A DNA stretch of 64,000 nt from an uncultured Gammaproteobacteria bacterium (GTDB lineage: Bacteria > Pseudomonadota > Gammaproteobacteria > DATFLG01). Position numbers and translations under genes: made by a program. Numbering within the stretch: the stretch's first letter is position 1; every line of letters starts with the position of its first letter. This document shows positions 10,331 to 19,661 of this stretch, one piece after another. The notes below the pieces were generated by a model. That model saw only the letters and a program-made list of their open reading frames with translations, ran no database searches and had not been told where the DNA came from. The stretch is from the NCBI GenBank assembly GCA_964571225.1, contig CAZNBB010000002.1:7421-71420 (forward strand), in the 5' to 3' direction.

Positions 10331-11673
10331 CCGGCCGCCTCCCCGGAAGCCCGGCGCGGCGAACGCCGACGCCGGCGTTTGCGTGGCGCCCCGCCTTCGG
10401 TACGCCGATCCCGTTCCTCCGGTTCCAGGGTCTGGAATTCCGTCCACCACTGACAGAGTTCCTCCGGGACCTCGCCACTTTCGCCGCGCAGCAACAGGAA
10501 ATCGTAGGCGGCCCGAAAGCGCGGGTTGCCCAGCAGCCGCTGCGGGCGTTTGCCGGTGCGCTGTTCGAAACGGGGCTGCAGCGCCCAGATCTCGCGCATG
10601 GGCAGGCTGAACCGCTTGGGCAGCGAAACATGCCGGCATTGATCGCTCACGATCTGGCGGCCTGCCGACTGGATCGCCTGGGCTTCGGTCATGCCCTCCT
10701 CGCGGAAACGGGTCAGCCAACGGCTCATTGGAGCCCACAGCAGAGCCGCGAACAGGAACGCAGGCGTCACCGGTTTGTCCGCATTCACCCGCGCATCGGT
10801 GTTGGCAAGGGCCTTGGCAAGCAGCGTCTGGGGAAAGCCTTGCGTCTCCTGGGCAAGGGCCTCCTCGGTGAACGGGAACAGGTGATCGAACAGATCGTAA
10901 TGGCGCAGCAGCTCATAGCTCGGCAGGGCGGCACCGGACATGAACAGTTTGAGTATCTCCTCGTACAGGCGGGCCGGCGGCATTTCTCTCAGCAGGTGGC
11001 CCAGTTCCCAAAGCGGCCCCTCGCTGTCCGGATGGATACGAAAGCCCAGCTTGGCGGCAAAGCGTACGGCGCGCAGCATGCGCACCGGATCCTCGCGATA
11101 GCGGCGTTCCGGGTCGCCGATCAACCGCAGCACCCCGTCCTTGAGATCCGCCATGCCGCCGACGTAATCCACGACAGAGAAGTCGGCGATGTTGTAATAC
11201 AGGGCGTTGACGGTGAAGTCCCGCCTCCAGGCATCTTCCTCGAGGGTGCCGTAGACATTGTCGCGCAGGATGCGACCGTTCTCGATGCGCCGAGCCTGTC
11301 CGTCGTCTTCCTCTTCCTCGTCATCCTCGTCGGGCGCGTACAGGGCCCGGAAGGTGGCCACCTCGATCACTTCACGGCCGAACACCACGTGGGCCAGGCG
11401 GAAACGACGCCCGATCAGGCGGCAATTGCGAAACAGTTGCCGAACCTGCTCGGGATGGGCGTCGGTGCCCACGTCGAAATCCTTGGGCTCGCGCCCGAGC
11501 AGCAGATCGCGCACGCCGCCGCCCACCAGGTAGGCCTGGTAACCGGCGTTGTGGAGGCGATAGAGCACCTTGACCGCATTCGGGCTGATGCTGGCCCTCG
11601 AGATGGTGTGCTCGGGGCGCGCGATCACGGCGGGCTCGGCGGCATACTCCGGTGTCTTCTCTTCGCTGGTCAC
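10327..11673 (-). CDS. pcnB: Poly(A) polymerase I
   Basis: 448 aa. ...LVGGGVRDLLLGREPKDFDVGTDA (NTase motif) and RDFTVNALYY. Upstream of folK as in E. coli. Confidence 0.92.
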   Translation of the reverse strand: MTSEEKTPEYAAEPAVIARPEHTISRASISPNAVKVLYRLHNAGYQAYLVGGGVRDLLLGREPKDFDVGTDAHPEQVRQLFRNCRLIGRRFRLAHVVFGREVIEVATFRALYAPDEDDEEEEDDGQARRIENGRILRDNVYGTLEEDAWRRDFTVNALYYNIADFSVVDYVGGMADLKDGVLRLIGDPERRYREDPVRMLRAVRFAAKLGFRIHPDSEGPLWELGHLLREMPPARLYEEILKLFMSGAALPSYELLRHYDLFDHLFPFTEEALAQETQGFPQTLLAKALANTDARVNADKPVTPAFLFAALLWAPMSRWLTRFREEGMTEAQAIQSAGRQIVSDQCRHVSLPKRFSLPMREIWALQPRFEQRTGKRPQRLLGNPRFRAAYDFLLLRGESGEVPEELCQWWTEFQTLEPEERDRRTEGGAPRKRRRRRSPRRASGEAAG

Positions 11674-11752
11674 AGCGCTCCACTTGTGGAATCAAAACTG
11701 GCGCGTATAATACCATCCCTTCGATTCGCGTGCAGATCGCGGACCAGGCTTC

Positions 11753-11828
11753 GCTCCCATCGTCTAGCGGTCCAGGACGTCGCCCTCTCACGGCGAAAAC
11801 CGGGGTTCGATTCCCCGTGGGAGCGCCA
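11753..11828 (+). tRNA. tRNA-Glu (anticodon CUC)
   Basis: A 76-nt cloverleaf: GCTCCCA acceptor stem, anticodon loop CTCTCAC, GGTTCGATTCC T-arm and a 3' GCCA. Close to the E. coli tRNA-Glu scaffold. Confidence 0.85.
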
Positions 11829-12126
11829 TTCCCGCCGCTTCGGAAGCGCCCGGCGACCGACGTCCACATGGCGCCCCGGGCGCAGAACCACGGCCGGCAA
11901 TCCGGCCTCGGCCCACAGCCCTGCTTCCCCGCAACCCTATGGCGACATGTTGAGCCGGTTCACGTCGGTGGCAACCCGTCCCCTGAGAAGGGTACCGGAT
12001 ACCCGACTCGCGATCCGGCCACCACCGGCTAAAACCGGGGCTGGCTTGGGGGCTTCAACCGCCGGTACAATTCTCATTTTTGTCAGATCGCAGCCCGCCT
12101 TCAGGCCGGGCCGCCGGTGAACCGTA

Positions 12127-13854
12127 ATGTCGAGAACTGACCACGAGCAGGCCACTGGGGCATCGCCGGCCCCCGACCGCGGCCATTGGCTGCGCGATCT
12201 GTTGCTGCTGACGCTGCTGCTGGGTCTGTATCTCGGGTTCCAGATGGGCCAGCGGGCGATATGGAACCCGGACGAAGGTCGGTATTCCGAAATACCCCGC
12301 GAAATGGTGGTCAGCGGCAATTACGTCACCCCCCACCTGGACGGGGTCAAGTATTTCGAGAAGCCGCCCCTGTTCTACTGGCTGCAGGCTGCCTCCATAA
12401 AGGTATTCGGCCTCCATCAGTGGGACCTGCGCCTTTGGCCCGTCCTGTTCGCCCTGTTCGGCAGTCTGATGGTGTACGGGGCGGGGCGCCAGATGTTCGG
12501 GCGACGCGCCGGACTGCTGTCGGCCATGGTGCTGGCCACCAGCCTGCTCTACTACTTTCTGGGACGGGCCATCATCCTGGACATGGCCGTTTCCATTCTG
12601 ATGGCAGCGGCCATGCTGACCTTCCTGCTGGGCGTACGCGGGCCGCCGGGGCCGACCCGGCGAAACTATCTCTGGGCCTTCTACGTCTTCATGGCGCTGG
12701 CCACTCTCACCAAGGGCCTGATCGGCATCGCGCTGCCGGGATTGGTCATCCTTGTGTGGATGGCTTTGCTCAACGAATGGCGTCTGCTGCGCAGCATCTA
12801 CCTGCCCTCCGGACTGCTGATCTATCTGGTGGTGGCCACGCCGTGGCACGTGCTGGTGAGCATCGCCAATCCGGAGTTCCCCTACTTCTATTTCATCCAG
12901 CAACAGTTCCTGCGCTATCTGACCATGAGTGCGCACCGCTACCAGCCGGACTGGTTCTTCATCCCCATCCTGCTGCTGGGCATGGTGCCCTGGACTGTTT
13001 TCATGTTCCAGGCTGTATGGAAGGGCCTGCCCGAATCCTGGGGCCGGCGCAAAGAGCACAAGGAAACGCTGTTCCTCGTGCTGTGGGCAGTGCTGATCTT
13101 CGTGTTCTTCTCCCTGTCGAAGTCCAAGCTGGTGCCCTACATCCTGCCTATCTTTCCGGCCCTCGCCCTGCTGATCGGGCGCTGGCTGGCGCAACAACCC
13201 GCCGCCGGCGCGGTGCGCCGCCCCCTGGCCGTGCTGGCACTGCTGGGCCTGGCCGGGGCGGTTGCCATCGCTATGCTGCCCAACGGACTGGCGCGAAGCC
13301 ACAGCGCGCTGGAGTTCAACCGCATGGTGGGCACTTCGCAGATCTACCTGATGGCGGTAGTGCTGGCCGTTGCCAGCATTGTCCCCTATCTGCTGGCCCG
13401 CCGGGCCCGGCTGGATGTCGCGCTGGTCAGCATGGCGGTGCTGTTCGGAGGGTTTCACACCGTGGTGGGCCACGCGCTGACCGGCCTCGATCCGAAATGG
13501 TCGGTGCGAGCCATGGCCGAGATGATAAAGCCGGAGCTGAAGCCGGACGATGCGGTGGTGACCTATAACACCTACTTCCAGGAACTGCCGGTGTATTTGC
13601 AGCGCCGGGTGATTATCGTCAACTGGAAGAACGAGTTGACCTTCGGCTCAAAATACCAGGACACCAGCGGTTGGATGATTGACACGGCCCAGTTCTGGAA
13701 GCTGTGGAACAGCGACCGCGCAGTCTACGTGTTCGCCAATGCCGGAGACTATCAGCAACTGGTCGAAGGCGCCCACGGACGCTACCGCGTGCTGGCCCGC
13801 AATGCCTACCATGTGCTGCTCACCAACCAGCCGGCCGGCGCCGGTCCACACTGA
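12127..13854 (+). CDS. arnT: Undecaprenyl phosphate-alpha-4-amino-4-deoxy-L-arabinose arabinosyl transferase (GT family 39/83, ArnT-like)
   Basis: 575 aa polytopic protein. N-terminal ...RAIWNPDEGRYSEIPREMVVSGNYVTPHLDGVKYFEKPPLFYWL is the ArnT/PMT family signature loop. Context with arnBCAD supports the call. Confidence 0.8.
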   Translation: MSRTDHEQATGASPAPDRGHWLRDLLLLTLLLGLYLGFQMGQRAIWNPDEGRYSEIPREMVVSGNYVTPHLDGVKYFEKPPLFYWLQAASIKVFGLHQWDLRLWPVLFALFGSLMVYGAGRQMFGRRAGLLSAMVLATSLLYYFLGRAIILDMAVSILMAAAMLTFLLGVRGPPGPTRRNYLWAFYVFMALATLTKGLIGIALPGLVILVWMALLNEWRLLRSIYLPSGLLIYLVVATPWHVLVSIANPEFPYFYFIQQQFLRYLTMSAHRYQPDWFFIPILLLGMVPWTVFMFQAVWKGLPESWGRRKEHKETLFLVLWAVLIFVFFSLSKSKLVPYILPIFPALALLIGRWLAQQPAAGAVRRPLAVLALLGLAGAVAIAMLPNGLARSHSALEFNRMVGTSQIYLMAVVLAVASIVPYLLARRARLDVALVSMAVLFGGFHTVVGHALTGLDPKWSVRAMAEMIKPELKPDDAVVTYNTYFQELPVYLQRRVIIVNWKNELTFGSKYQDTSGWMIDTAQFWKLWNSDRAVYVFANAGDYQQLVEGAHGRYRVLARNAYHVLLTNQPAGAGPH

Positions 13855-13870
13855 GGAGCAGCCCAGCGCC

Positions 13871-15028
13871 ATGAGCGACGAGTTCCTGCCCTTCTCACGC
13901 CCATCCATCAGCCGCGCCGCCATCGAGGAAGTGGTCGCCTGTCTGGAGTCCGGCTGGATCACCACCGGCCCAAGGGTCAAGCGCTTCGAGGAAGCCCTTG
14001 CCGGCTATCTGGGAGCGCCCCGCGTGCTCGCCCTGTCATCAGCGACCGCGGGCCTGCATCTGGCGCTGCTGGCGCTGGACCTGCAGGACGGCGACGAAGT
14101 CATCACCACGCCGCTGACCTTCGCCGCGACTCTCAACACCATCGTGCTGGCGGGCGCCAGGCCGGTGCTGGTGGATGTGGATCCGCATACCTTCAACATT
14201 GATGTGTCGCGCCTGGCTGACGCCATCAACGAACGCACCCGGGCCATCGTGCCCGTGCATTTCGCGGGCCTGCCGGTGGACCTGGATCCGCTCTACGCGC
14301 TGGCGCAGGAACGCAACCTGCGGGTCATCGAAGACGCAGCCCACGCCATCGGCACCGAGTACAAGGGCCGGCGCATCGGGTCGTTCGGCGACACCCAGGT
14401 GTTCAGTTTCCATCCCAACAAGAACATGACCACCGGCGAGGGCGGCTGCATCACCACCCGCGACGACGAGCTGGCGGACAAGGTGGCGCTGCTGCGCTTC
14501 CACGGCATGGACCGTGAAGCCTGGAACCGGTTCGGCAAGACCGGCAGCCAGCACTACGAAATCATCATGCCCGGCTACAAGTACAACATGATGGACATGC
14601 AGGCCGCTCTGGGGCTGCATCAACTGCCCGAGCTGGATGGTTTCATCGCCCGGCGCACCGAACTGGCGCAGCGCTACCAGCGCGCTTTCGATGGGTGGCC
14701 GCAGCTCGCACTGCCCGCCGCTCCGGCCTATCCCTGCCGTCATGCATGGCATCTGTACACGCCCCTGATCGACCCGCAAGCGGCCGGTATGGACCGGGAC
14801 GCATTCATGGCGGCCATGAAATCCCGTAACATCGGGACCGGACTGCATTATCGAGCGGTGCACCTGTATCCGTATTATCGCGAGCACTTCGGCTTCGCAG
14901 CGGGCGATTTCCCGACTGCCGAACGCATCGGCGATCGCATCGTCAGTCTGCCCCTGTTTCCCGGCATGACCGATGCCGATCAGGATCGCGTGATCGCCGC
15001 CATGTCCGGGATTTTCGCAAAGAGCTGA
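13871..15028 (+). CDS. arnB: UDP-4-amino-4-deoxy-L-arabinose--oxoglutarate aminotransferase (DegT/DnrJ/EryC1 family)
   Basis: MSDEFLPFSRPSI...SGWITTGPRVKRFEE...FSFHPNKNMTTGEGG (PLP-lysine region). 385 aa from the internal ATG. The track ORF start at 13679 overlaps arnT. Confidence 0.88.
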   Translation: MSDEFLPFSRPSISRAAIEEVVACLESGWITTGPRVKRFEEALAGYLGAPRVLALSSATAGLHLALLALDLQDGDEVITTPLTFAATLNTIVLAGARPVLVDVDPHTFNIDVSRLADAINERTRAIVPVHFAGLPVDLDPLYALAQERNLRVIEDAAHAIGTEYKGRRIGSFGDTQVFSFHPNKNMTTGEGGCITTRDDELADKVALLRFHGMDREAWNRFGKTGSQHYEIIMPGYKYNMMDMQAALGLHQLPELDGFIARRTELAQRYQRAFDGWPQLALPAAPAYPCRHAWHLYTPLIDPQAAGMDRDAFMAAMKSRNIGTGLHYRAVHLYPYYREHFGFAAGDFPTAERIGDRIVSLPLFPGMTDADQDRVIAAMSGIFAKS

Positions 15029-15031
15029 ACC

Positions 15032-15970
15032 ATGCATCCGTACCTGAGCATCGTCGTACCCGTCTACAACGAACAGGATAACCTGCAGCCCCTGTTCGAC
15101 CGCCTGACCGCCACCCTGGACGCGCTGGACAAGCCCTACGAGATCTGGTTCACCAACGACGGCAGCCGCGACCGTTCCGGCATGCTGTTGGCGCAGTTTC
15201 ACGAACAAAGGCCTCACCAGGTACGGGTCATCGAGTTCAACGGCAACTTCGGTCAGCACCAGGCCATCATGGCGGCCTTCGAGCGGGTACGGGGCGAGGT
15301 GGTGGTGACCCTGGATGCCGATCTGCAGAACCCGCCGGAGGAGATACCCAGGCTGGTCGCGCAGATCGAGGCCGGCCACGACGTGGTTGGGGGCTATCGG
15401 CGGGCCCGTCAGGACACCTGGTTCCGACGCTATGCGTCACGGGCCATAAACCGTGTCAGGGAACACACCACCCATATCCGTATGCGCGACCAGGGCTGCA
15501 TGCTGCGCGCCTATCGACGGGAAGTGGTGGACTGCATCGTACGAACCGGAGAGCGTTCCACCTTCATCCCCGCCCTGGCCCTGAGCTTCTCCAGCCACCC
15601 CACTGAAGTGGAAGTGGCCCATGCCGCCCGCGCGGCCGGAACGTCCAAGTACAGTCTGTACAAGTTGATCCGCCTGAACTTCGACCTGATGACCGGGTTT
15701 TCGCTGGTGCCGCTGCAGATATTCACCATGTTCGGGATGCTGGTCGCCCTGATGAGCGGGCTGTTCGTGTTTTACCTGGCCATCCGCCGGCTGGTGGTGG
15801 GGCCTGAAGCCCAGGGCGTGTTCACCCTGCTGGCCATCCTGTTCTTCCTGGTGGGCATCGTGATCTTCGGCCTTGGGGTGATCGGAGAGTACGTGGGCAG
15901 AATCTACGAACAGGTGCGCAACCGCCCCGGTTTCATGATCCGCACGGTGCTGGAGAAACCCGATGAATGA
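15032..15970 (+). CDS. arnC: Undecaprenyl-phosphate 4-deoxy-4-formamido-L-arabinose transferase (GT2)
   Basis: MHPYLSIVVPVYNEQDNL...TNDGSRD...LDADLQNPPEE (GT2 DxD) plus C-terminal TM helices. 312 aa. Confidence 0.88.
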   Translation: MHPYLSIVVPVYNEQDNLQPLFDRLTATLDALDKPYEIWFTNDGSRDRSGMLLAQFHEQRPHQVRVIEFNGNFGQHQAIMAAFERVRGEVVVTLDADLQNPPEEIPRLVAQIEAGHDVVGGYRRARQDTWFRRYASRAINRVREHTTHIRMRDQGCMLRAYRREVVDCIVRTGERSTFIPALALSFSSHPTEVEVAHAARAAGTSKYSLYKLIRLNFDLMTGFSLVPLQIFTMFGMLVALMSGLFVFYLAIRRLVVGPEAQGVFTLLAILFFLVGIVIFGLGVIGEYVGRIYEQVRNRPGFMIRTVLEKPDE

Positions 15971-16910
15971 AGCGGGCGGCACCCCGCGGGTCCTGGTGTT
16001 CGCCTACCAGGACGTGGGGTATGTCTGCCTGCAGGAACTGATCTGCCGCGGGGTACGGCCGGCGGCCGTATTCACCCACGCGGACGCCGCCGGGGAAAAC
16101 ATCTGGTTCCGCTCGGTGGCGGCACTGGCCGCTGCCCATGACATCGCCGTTCATACACCGGCGTCCGTGAACACGCCGCAATGGACCCAGCGCATCCGCG
16201 ACCTGCAGCCCGATCTGCTGCTGTCGTTCTATTACCGGGATCTCATCGGCACGGCCATCGTCGACATGCCGGCCCTGGGCGCATACAACCTGCACGGCTC
16301 ACTGCTGCCAAAGTACCGGGGACGGGCGCCGGTGAACTGGGCGCTGGTGTTCGGCGAAACGCAAACCGGCGTCACCCTGCACCGCATGGTGGCACGGGCG
16401 GACGCCGGAGACATTGTCGACCAGGAACCGGTAGCCATCGGTCCCGCGGACAGCATCCGCGAGGTCTACGACGGCATCGTGGGTGCGGCAAGGAAGGTCA
16501 TCGCCCGCCAGCTGGACGACCTGCTGAACGGCCGGGTGCGATCCCGCCCCCAGGACGAGGCCGGCGCCACCGTGGTCAAAGGCCGGCGGCCGGACGACGG
16601 GCGCATCGACTGGCGGTGCGACGCACATACGGTCTTCAACCTGGTACGGGCGGTCACCCACCCCTACCCCGGCGCATTTACAGAGGTCGGAGACCGCCGC
16701 TTCTATATCTGGTGGGCCGAACCCGTTGACCAAGATGGGGCCGGCACCGAACCCGGCGAAGTGACCGGGACGGCACCGCTATGCATCGCCTGCGGCCGGG
16801 GCAGCCTGCGGGTACGGCAGTGGCAATGGGAAAATGACCGCCAACGGCGTTCCGACGAACGATTCGATGCGGGTCTGCGCATCGGTCAGCGCCTGGGCAA
16901 CTTTTTTTGA
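15963..16910 (+). CDS. arnA: UDP-L-Ara4N formyltransferase; the ArnA N-terminal domain encoded as a stand-alone gene
   Basis: Aligns along its length to the E. coli ArnA formyltransferase domain (VLVFAYQDVGY, SFYYRDLI, NLHGSLLPKYRGRAPVNWALVFGE, HRMVARADAGDIV). It ends where the E. coli inter-domain linker lies. Its start overlaps the arnC stop (ATGAATGA). Confidence 0.85.
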   Translation: MNEAGGTPRVLVFAYQDVGYVCLQELICRGVRPAAVFTHADAAGENIWFRSVAALAAAHDIAVHTPASVNTPQWTQRIRDLQPDLLLSFYYRDLIGTAIVDMPALGAYNLHGSLLPKYRGRAPVNWALVFGETQTGVTLHRMVARADAGDIVDQEPVAIGPADSIREVYDGIVGAARKVIARQLDDLLNGRVRSRPQDEAGATVVKGRRPDDGRIDWRCDAHTVFNLVRAVTHPYPGAFTEVGDRRFYIWWAEPVDQDGAGTEPGEVTGTAPLCIACGRGSLRVRQWQWENDRQRRSDERFDAGLRIGQRLGNFF

Positions 16911-16940
16911 ACGACAGCACCCCTGGAGGGCGTCACACCA

Positions 16941-17987
16941 ATGAAGATCCTGATTCTCGGCGTTAATGGTTTCATCGGCAACAGCCTGACCGAGCGGATA
17001 CTGAAGGAGCGGGACTGGGAGGTCTACGGAATGGACATGGCCTGTGACAAGCTCGGCGAGAGCCTGGGCCACGACCGCTTCCATTTCGTCGAGGGCGATA
17101 TCACCATCAATCGGGAATGGATCGAGTATCACGTCAAGAAGTGCGACGTCGTGCTGCCCTTGGTGGCCATCGCCACACCCGCCACCTATGTTCAGGATCC
17201 GCTGCGGGTGTTCGAGCTGGACTTCGAGGCGAACCTGGACATCGTGCGTCAGTGCGTACGCTACGGCAAGCGGGTGCTGTTCCCCTCCACCTCCGAAGTC
17301 TACGGGATGTGCCCCGACAGTCAGTTCGACGAGGAAAACTCGAACCTGGTACTGGGCCCCATCCACAAGCAGCGCTGGATCTACTCCTGCTCCAAACAGC
17401 TTCTGGACAGGGTCATCTATGCATACGGCCAGCAACATGGTCTGCGTTTCACCCTGTTCCGTCCGTTCAACTGGATCGGCCCGAAGCTGGACGACGTGCT
17501 CGAGCCCAAGGAAGGCAGCTCCCGTGTGCTGACCCAGTTCATCAGCAATATTCTGCACGGCAAGGATATTCTGCTGGTGGACGGCGGCAGCCAGCGGCGC
17601 AGCTTCACCTATATCGACGACGGCATCGACGCCCTGCTCCGCATCATCGAGAACCAGGACAACTGTGCCGAAGGCCGTATCTTCAACATCGGCAATCCGG
17701 CCAACGACATGTCGGTGAAGGACCTTGCCGAAACCCTGGTCAGGCTGATACGCGAGTATCCCCAGTGGAGCGAACGGGCGGACAAGGTCCGGCTGGTCAC
17801 CACCGAATCGGAAAGCTACTACGGCAGCGGCTATCAGGACATCATGACCCGCGTCCCGTCCATCGAAAACGCCAAGCGCCATCTGGGCTGGTCGCCGAAG
17901 ATCGACCTGGAGACGGCCTTGCGCAAGACGCTGGACTATTACTCACGGCAGGCCGACACCGGGGGCTCGGATAGCACCGCGCAATGA
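16941..17987 (+). CDS. arnA: UDP-glucuronic acid oxidative decarboxylase; the ArnA C-terminal dehydrogenase domain as a separate gene
   Basis: MKILILGVNGFIGNSLTERILKE...HFVEGDI...FPSTSEVYGMC...YSCSKQLLDRV match the E. coli ArnA C-domain almost motif-for-motif. 348 aa. Confidence 0.88.
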   Translation: MKILILGVNGFIGNSLTERILKERDWEVYGMDMACDKLGESLGHDRFHFVEGDITINREWIEYHVKKCDVVLPLVAIATPATYVQDPLRVFELDFEANLDIVRQCVRYGKRVLFPSTSEVYGMCPDSQFDEENSNLVLGPIHKQRWIYSCSKQLLDRVIYAYGQQHGLRFTLFRPFNWIGPKLDDVLEPKEGSSRVLTQFISNILHGKDILLVDGGSQRRSFTYIDDGIDALLRIIENQDNCAEGRIFNIGNPANDMSVKDLAETLVRLIREYPQWSERADKVRLVTTESESYYGSGYQDIMTRVPSIENAKRHLGWSPKIDLETALRKTLDYYSRQADTGGSDSTAQ

Positions 17988-18937
17988 CCCAGCCACAGCT
18001 CGCCATCAAGGTCGACGTGGATACCGAGCGGGGCACCCGTATCGGCGTCCCGAATCTGGTGGCGTTGCTGGAGCGGCTGGGAATTCAGGCGACTTTCCTG
18101 TTCTCCCTGGGGCCGGACAATACGGGCCGGGCCATCAAGCGCATCTTCCGGCCCGGCTTCTTCGGCAAGGTGGTACGCACCAGCGTGGTCAGCACCTACG
18201 GACTGCGCACCCTCATGAACGGCGTACTGCTGCCGGGTCCCCACATAGGACGCCGCCACGGCGCATTGATGCGGTCCGTCAGGGACGCGGGCCATGAGGT
18301 GGGGATCCATTGCTACGACCACATCCGTTGGCAGGATGGTCTGGCCCGCATGAGACCCGACCAGGTGGTCGCCGAACTGGGTAAGGCCCGACAGGAATTC
18401 GAACGCATATTCGCCGAGCCGGCCCGCACCGCGGGAGCGGCGGGCTGGCAGGCAAACGCGGCCAGTCTGTGCGCCTATGACGAGGCCGGTTTCAGCTACG
18501 CCAGCGACGCCCGCGGAAACGAGCCGTTCTTTCCCTGTGCCGGCGCCCGGCGCTACCGCACCCTGCAGATCCCCACCACTCTACCCACCCTGGACGAGTT
18601 GCTGGGGCGCCCCGAGTATCCGGAAACGCGCCTGGTACAGCACTACCTGGAAATGTTGAGCGGCGACCGGCTCAACGTGCTCACTGCCCATGCCGAGATC
18701 GAAGGCATGGCCAAACTCCAGCTGTTCGAGGACCTGCTGCAACAGGCTCGCGCCGCGGATGTGAGCTTCGTGCGCCTGGACCGCTACGCCGCCGCACGCC
18801 TGGCAAGTCCCGATGACATCCCCGCCTGCGAGCTGGTGGCGGGCACCGTGGACGGGCGTTCGGGAACCCTGGCGGTGCAGGGCCGCCCCTGCACCGACTC
18901 CGCGGATCACCAGCCGGCAGGCCTACCCGCCGGCTGA
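17984..18937 (+). CDS. arnD: 4-deoxy-4-formamido-L-arabinose-phosphoundecaprenol deformylase (NodB/polysaccharide deacetylase fold)
   Basis: MTQPQLAIKVDVDTERG...FLFSLGPDN...GHEVGIHCYDH. Its start overlaps the arnA-DH stop (ATGA). 317 aa. Confidence 0.82.
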   Translation: MTQPQLAIKVDVDTERGTRIGVPNLVALLERLGIQATFLFSLGPDNTGRAIKRIFRPGFFGKVVRTSVVSTYGLRTLMNGVLLPGPHIGRRHGALMRSVRDAGHEVGIHCYDHIRWQDGLARMRPDQVVAELGKARQEFERIFAEPARTAGAAGWQANAASLCAYDEAGFSYASDARGNEPFFPCAGARRYRTLQIPTTLPTLDELLGRPEYPETRLVQHYLEMLSGDRLNVLTAHAEIEGMAKLQLFEDLLQQARAADVSFVRLDRYAAARLASPDDIPACELVAGTVDGRSGTLAVQGRPCTDSADHQPAGLPAG

Positions 18938-18947
18938 ATGGCGCCTG

Positions 18948-19280
18948 TCAGTCATGGGCCACATCGGCCAGCTCGCCCATCACCTCGGTGACCGAGGCCT
19001 CGGCGTTGGCCACCAGGCAGACCACATTGCCCACGCTGCACACCGTGTTGTCCTTGCCGCGGACGATCCAGCCTCGCGGCGGAGTCCAGCCCCGGGTCTG
19101 GGTGAACATGGAAAGCTGGTCGGCGTTGCCCTGGACCATACGCTTATAGTCGTGGGCGAACTTGGCCAGCTTCACCATCTGCTCGTCGTCCAGCATCCCG
19201 TAACCCTGCACCAGCACTCCGTCGTCACGAAACTGACAAACCACAGCGACGCCGTCCAGGGCAAGCATTCTCTTGATCAT
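18948..19280 (-). CDS. Small hypothetical protein, paralog 3 of the tandem triplet
   Basis: 110 aa with an SD-like GGGGG before the ATG. Motifs VVCQFRDDGVL, RGWTPPRGWIVRGKDNTVC and a C-terminal part clearly alignable to paralog 1. Confidence 0.6.
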   Translation of the reverse strand: MIKRMLALDGVAVVCQFRDDGVLVQGYGMLDDEQMVKLAKFAHDYKRMVQGNADQLSMFTQTRGWTPPRGWIVRGKDNTVCSVGNVVCLVANAEASVTEVMGELADVAHD

Positions 19281-19289
19281 ACCGCCCCC

Positions 19290-19628
19290 TTACCCCGGCA
19301 AGGCGCCGTAGGCGGCCTGATAATCGGCCGCTTCATTGCGAAGCACGACCCCACGGTTGCCGCTGGCCACCGCCGACCAATCGAAACCGATCATGGTAAA
19401 GCCGTCGATTGGATAGAAGCCCTGGGCACCGGTCATCTTCTCCCAACCCCGTGCCTGCATGGTGGCAATGGAAATGTTGGCCACGCACACGTGGCACAGT
19501 AGATCCAGAGTATCGGGCGTCAAGTCGTTGCCCTCGGCAATGCGATGCTCGCGCAGCTCCCCGCGGTCGGAAAATTCGAACGCCGCCAGCGCTCCAGGCA
19601 ATTCCATCAACTGTTCAAGACTGCTCAT
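19290..19628 (-). CDS. Small hypothetical protein, paralog 2 of the tandem triplet
   Basis: 112 aa with a strong SD (GGGGAGGAATACCAATG). Motifs AAFEFSDRGEL and RGW are shared with the neighbours. Confidence 0.6.
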   Translation of the reverse strand: MSSLEQLMELPGALAAFEFSDRGELREHRIAEGNDLTPDTLDLLCHVCVANISIATMQARGWEKMTGAQGFYPIDGFTMIGFDWSAVASGNRGVVLRNEAADYQAAYGALPG

Positions 19629-19661
19629 TGGTATTCCTCCCCGTCCCCTTGCCTTCTTCGC

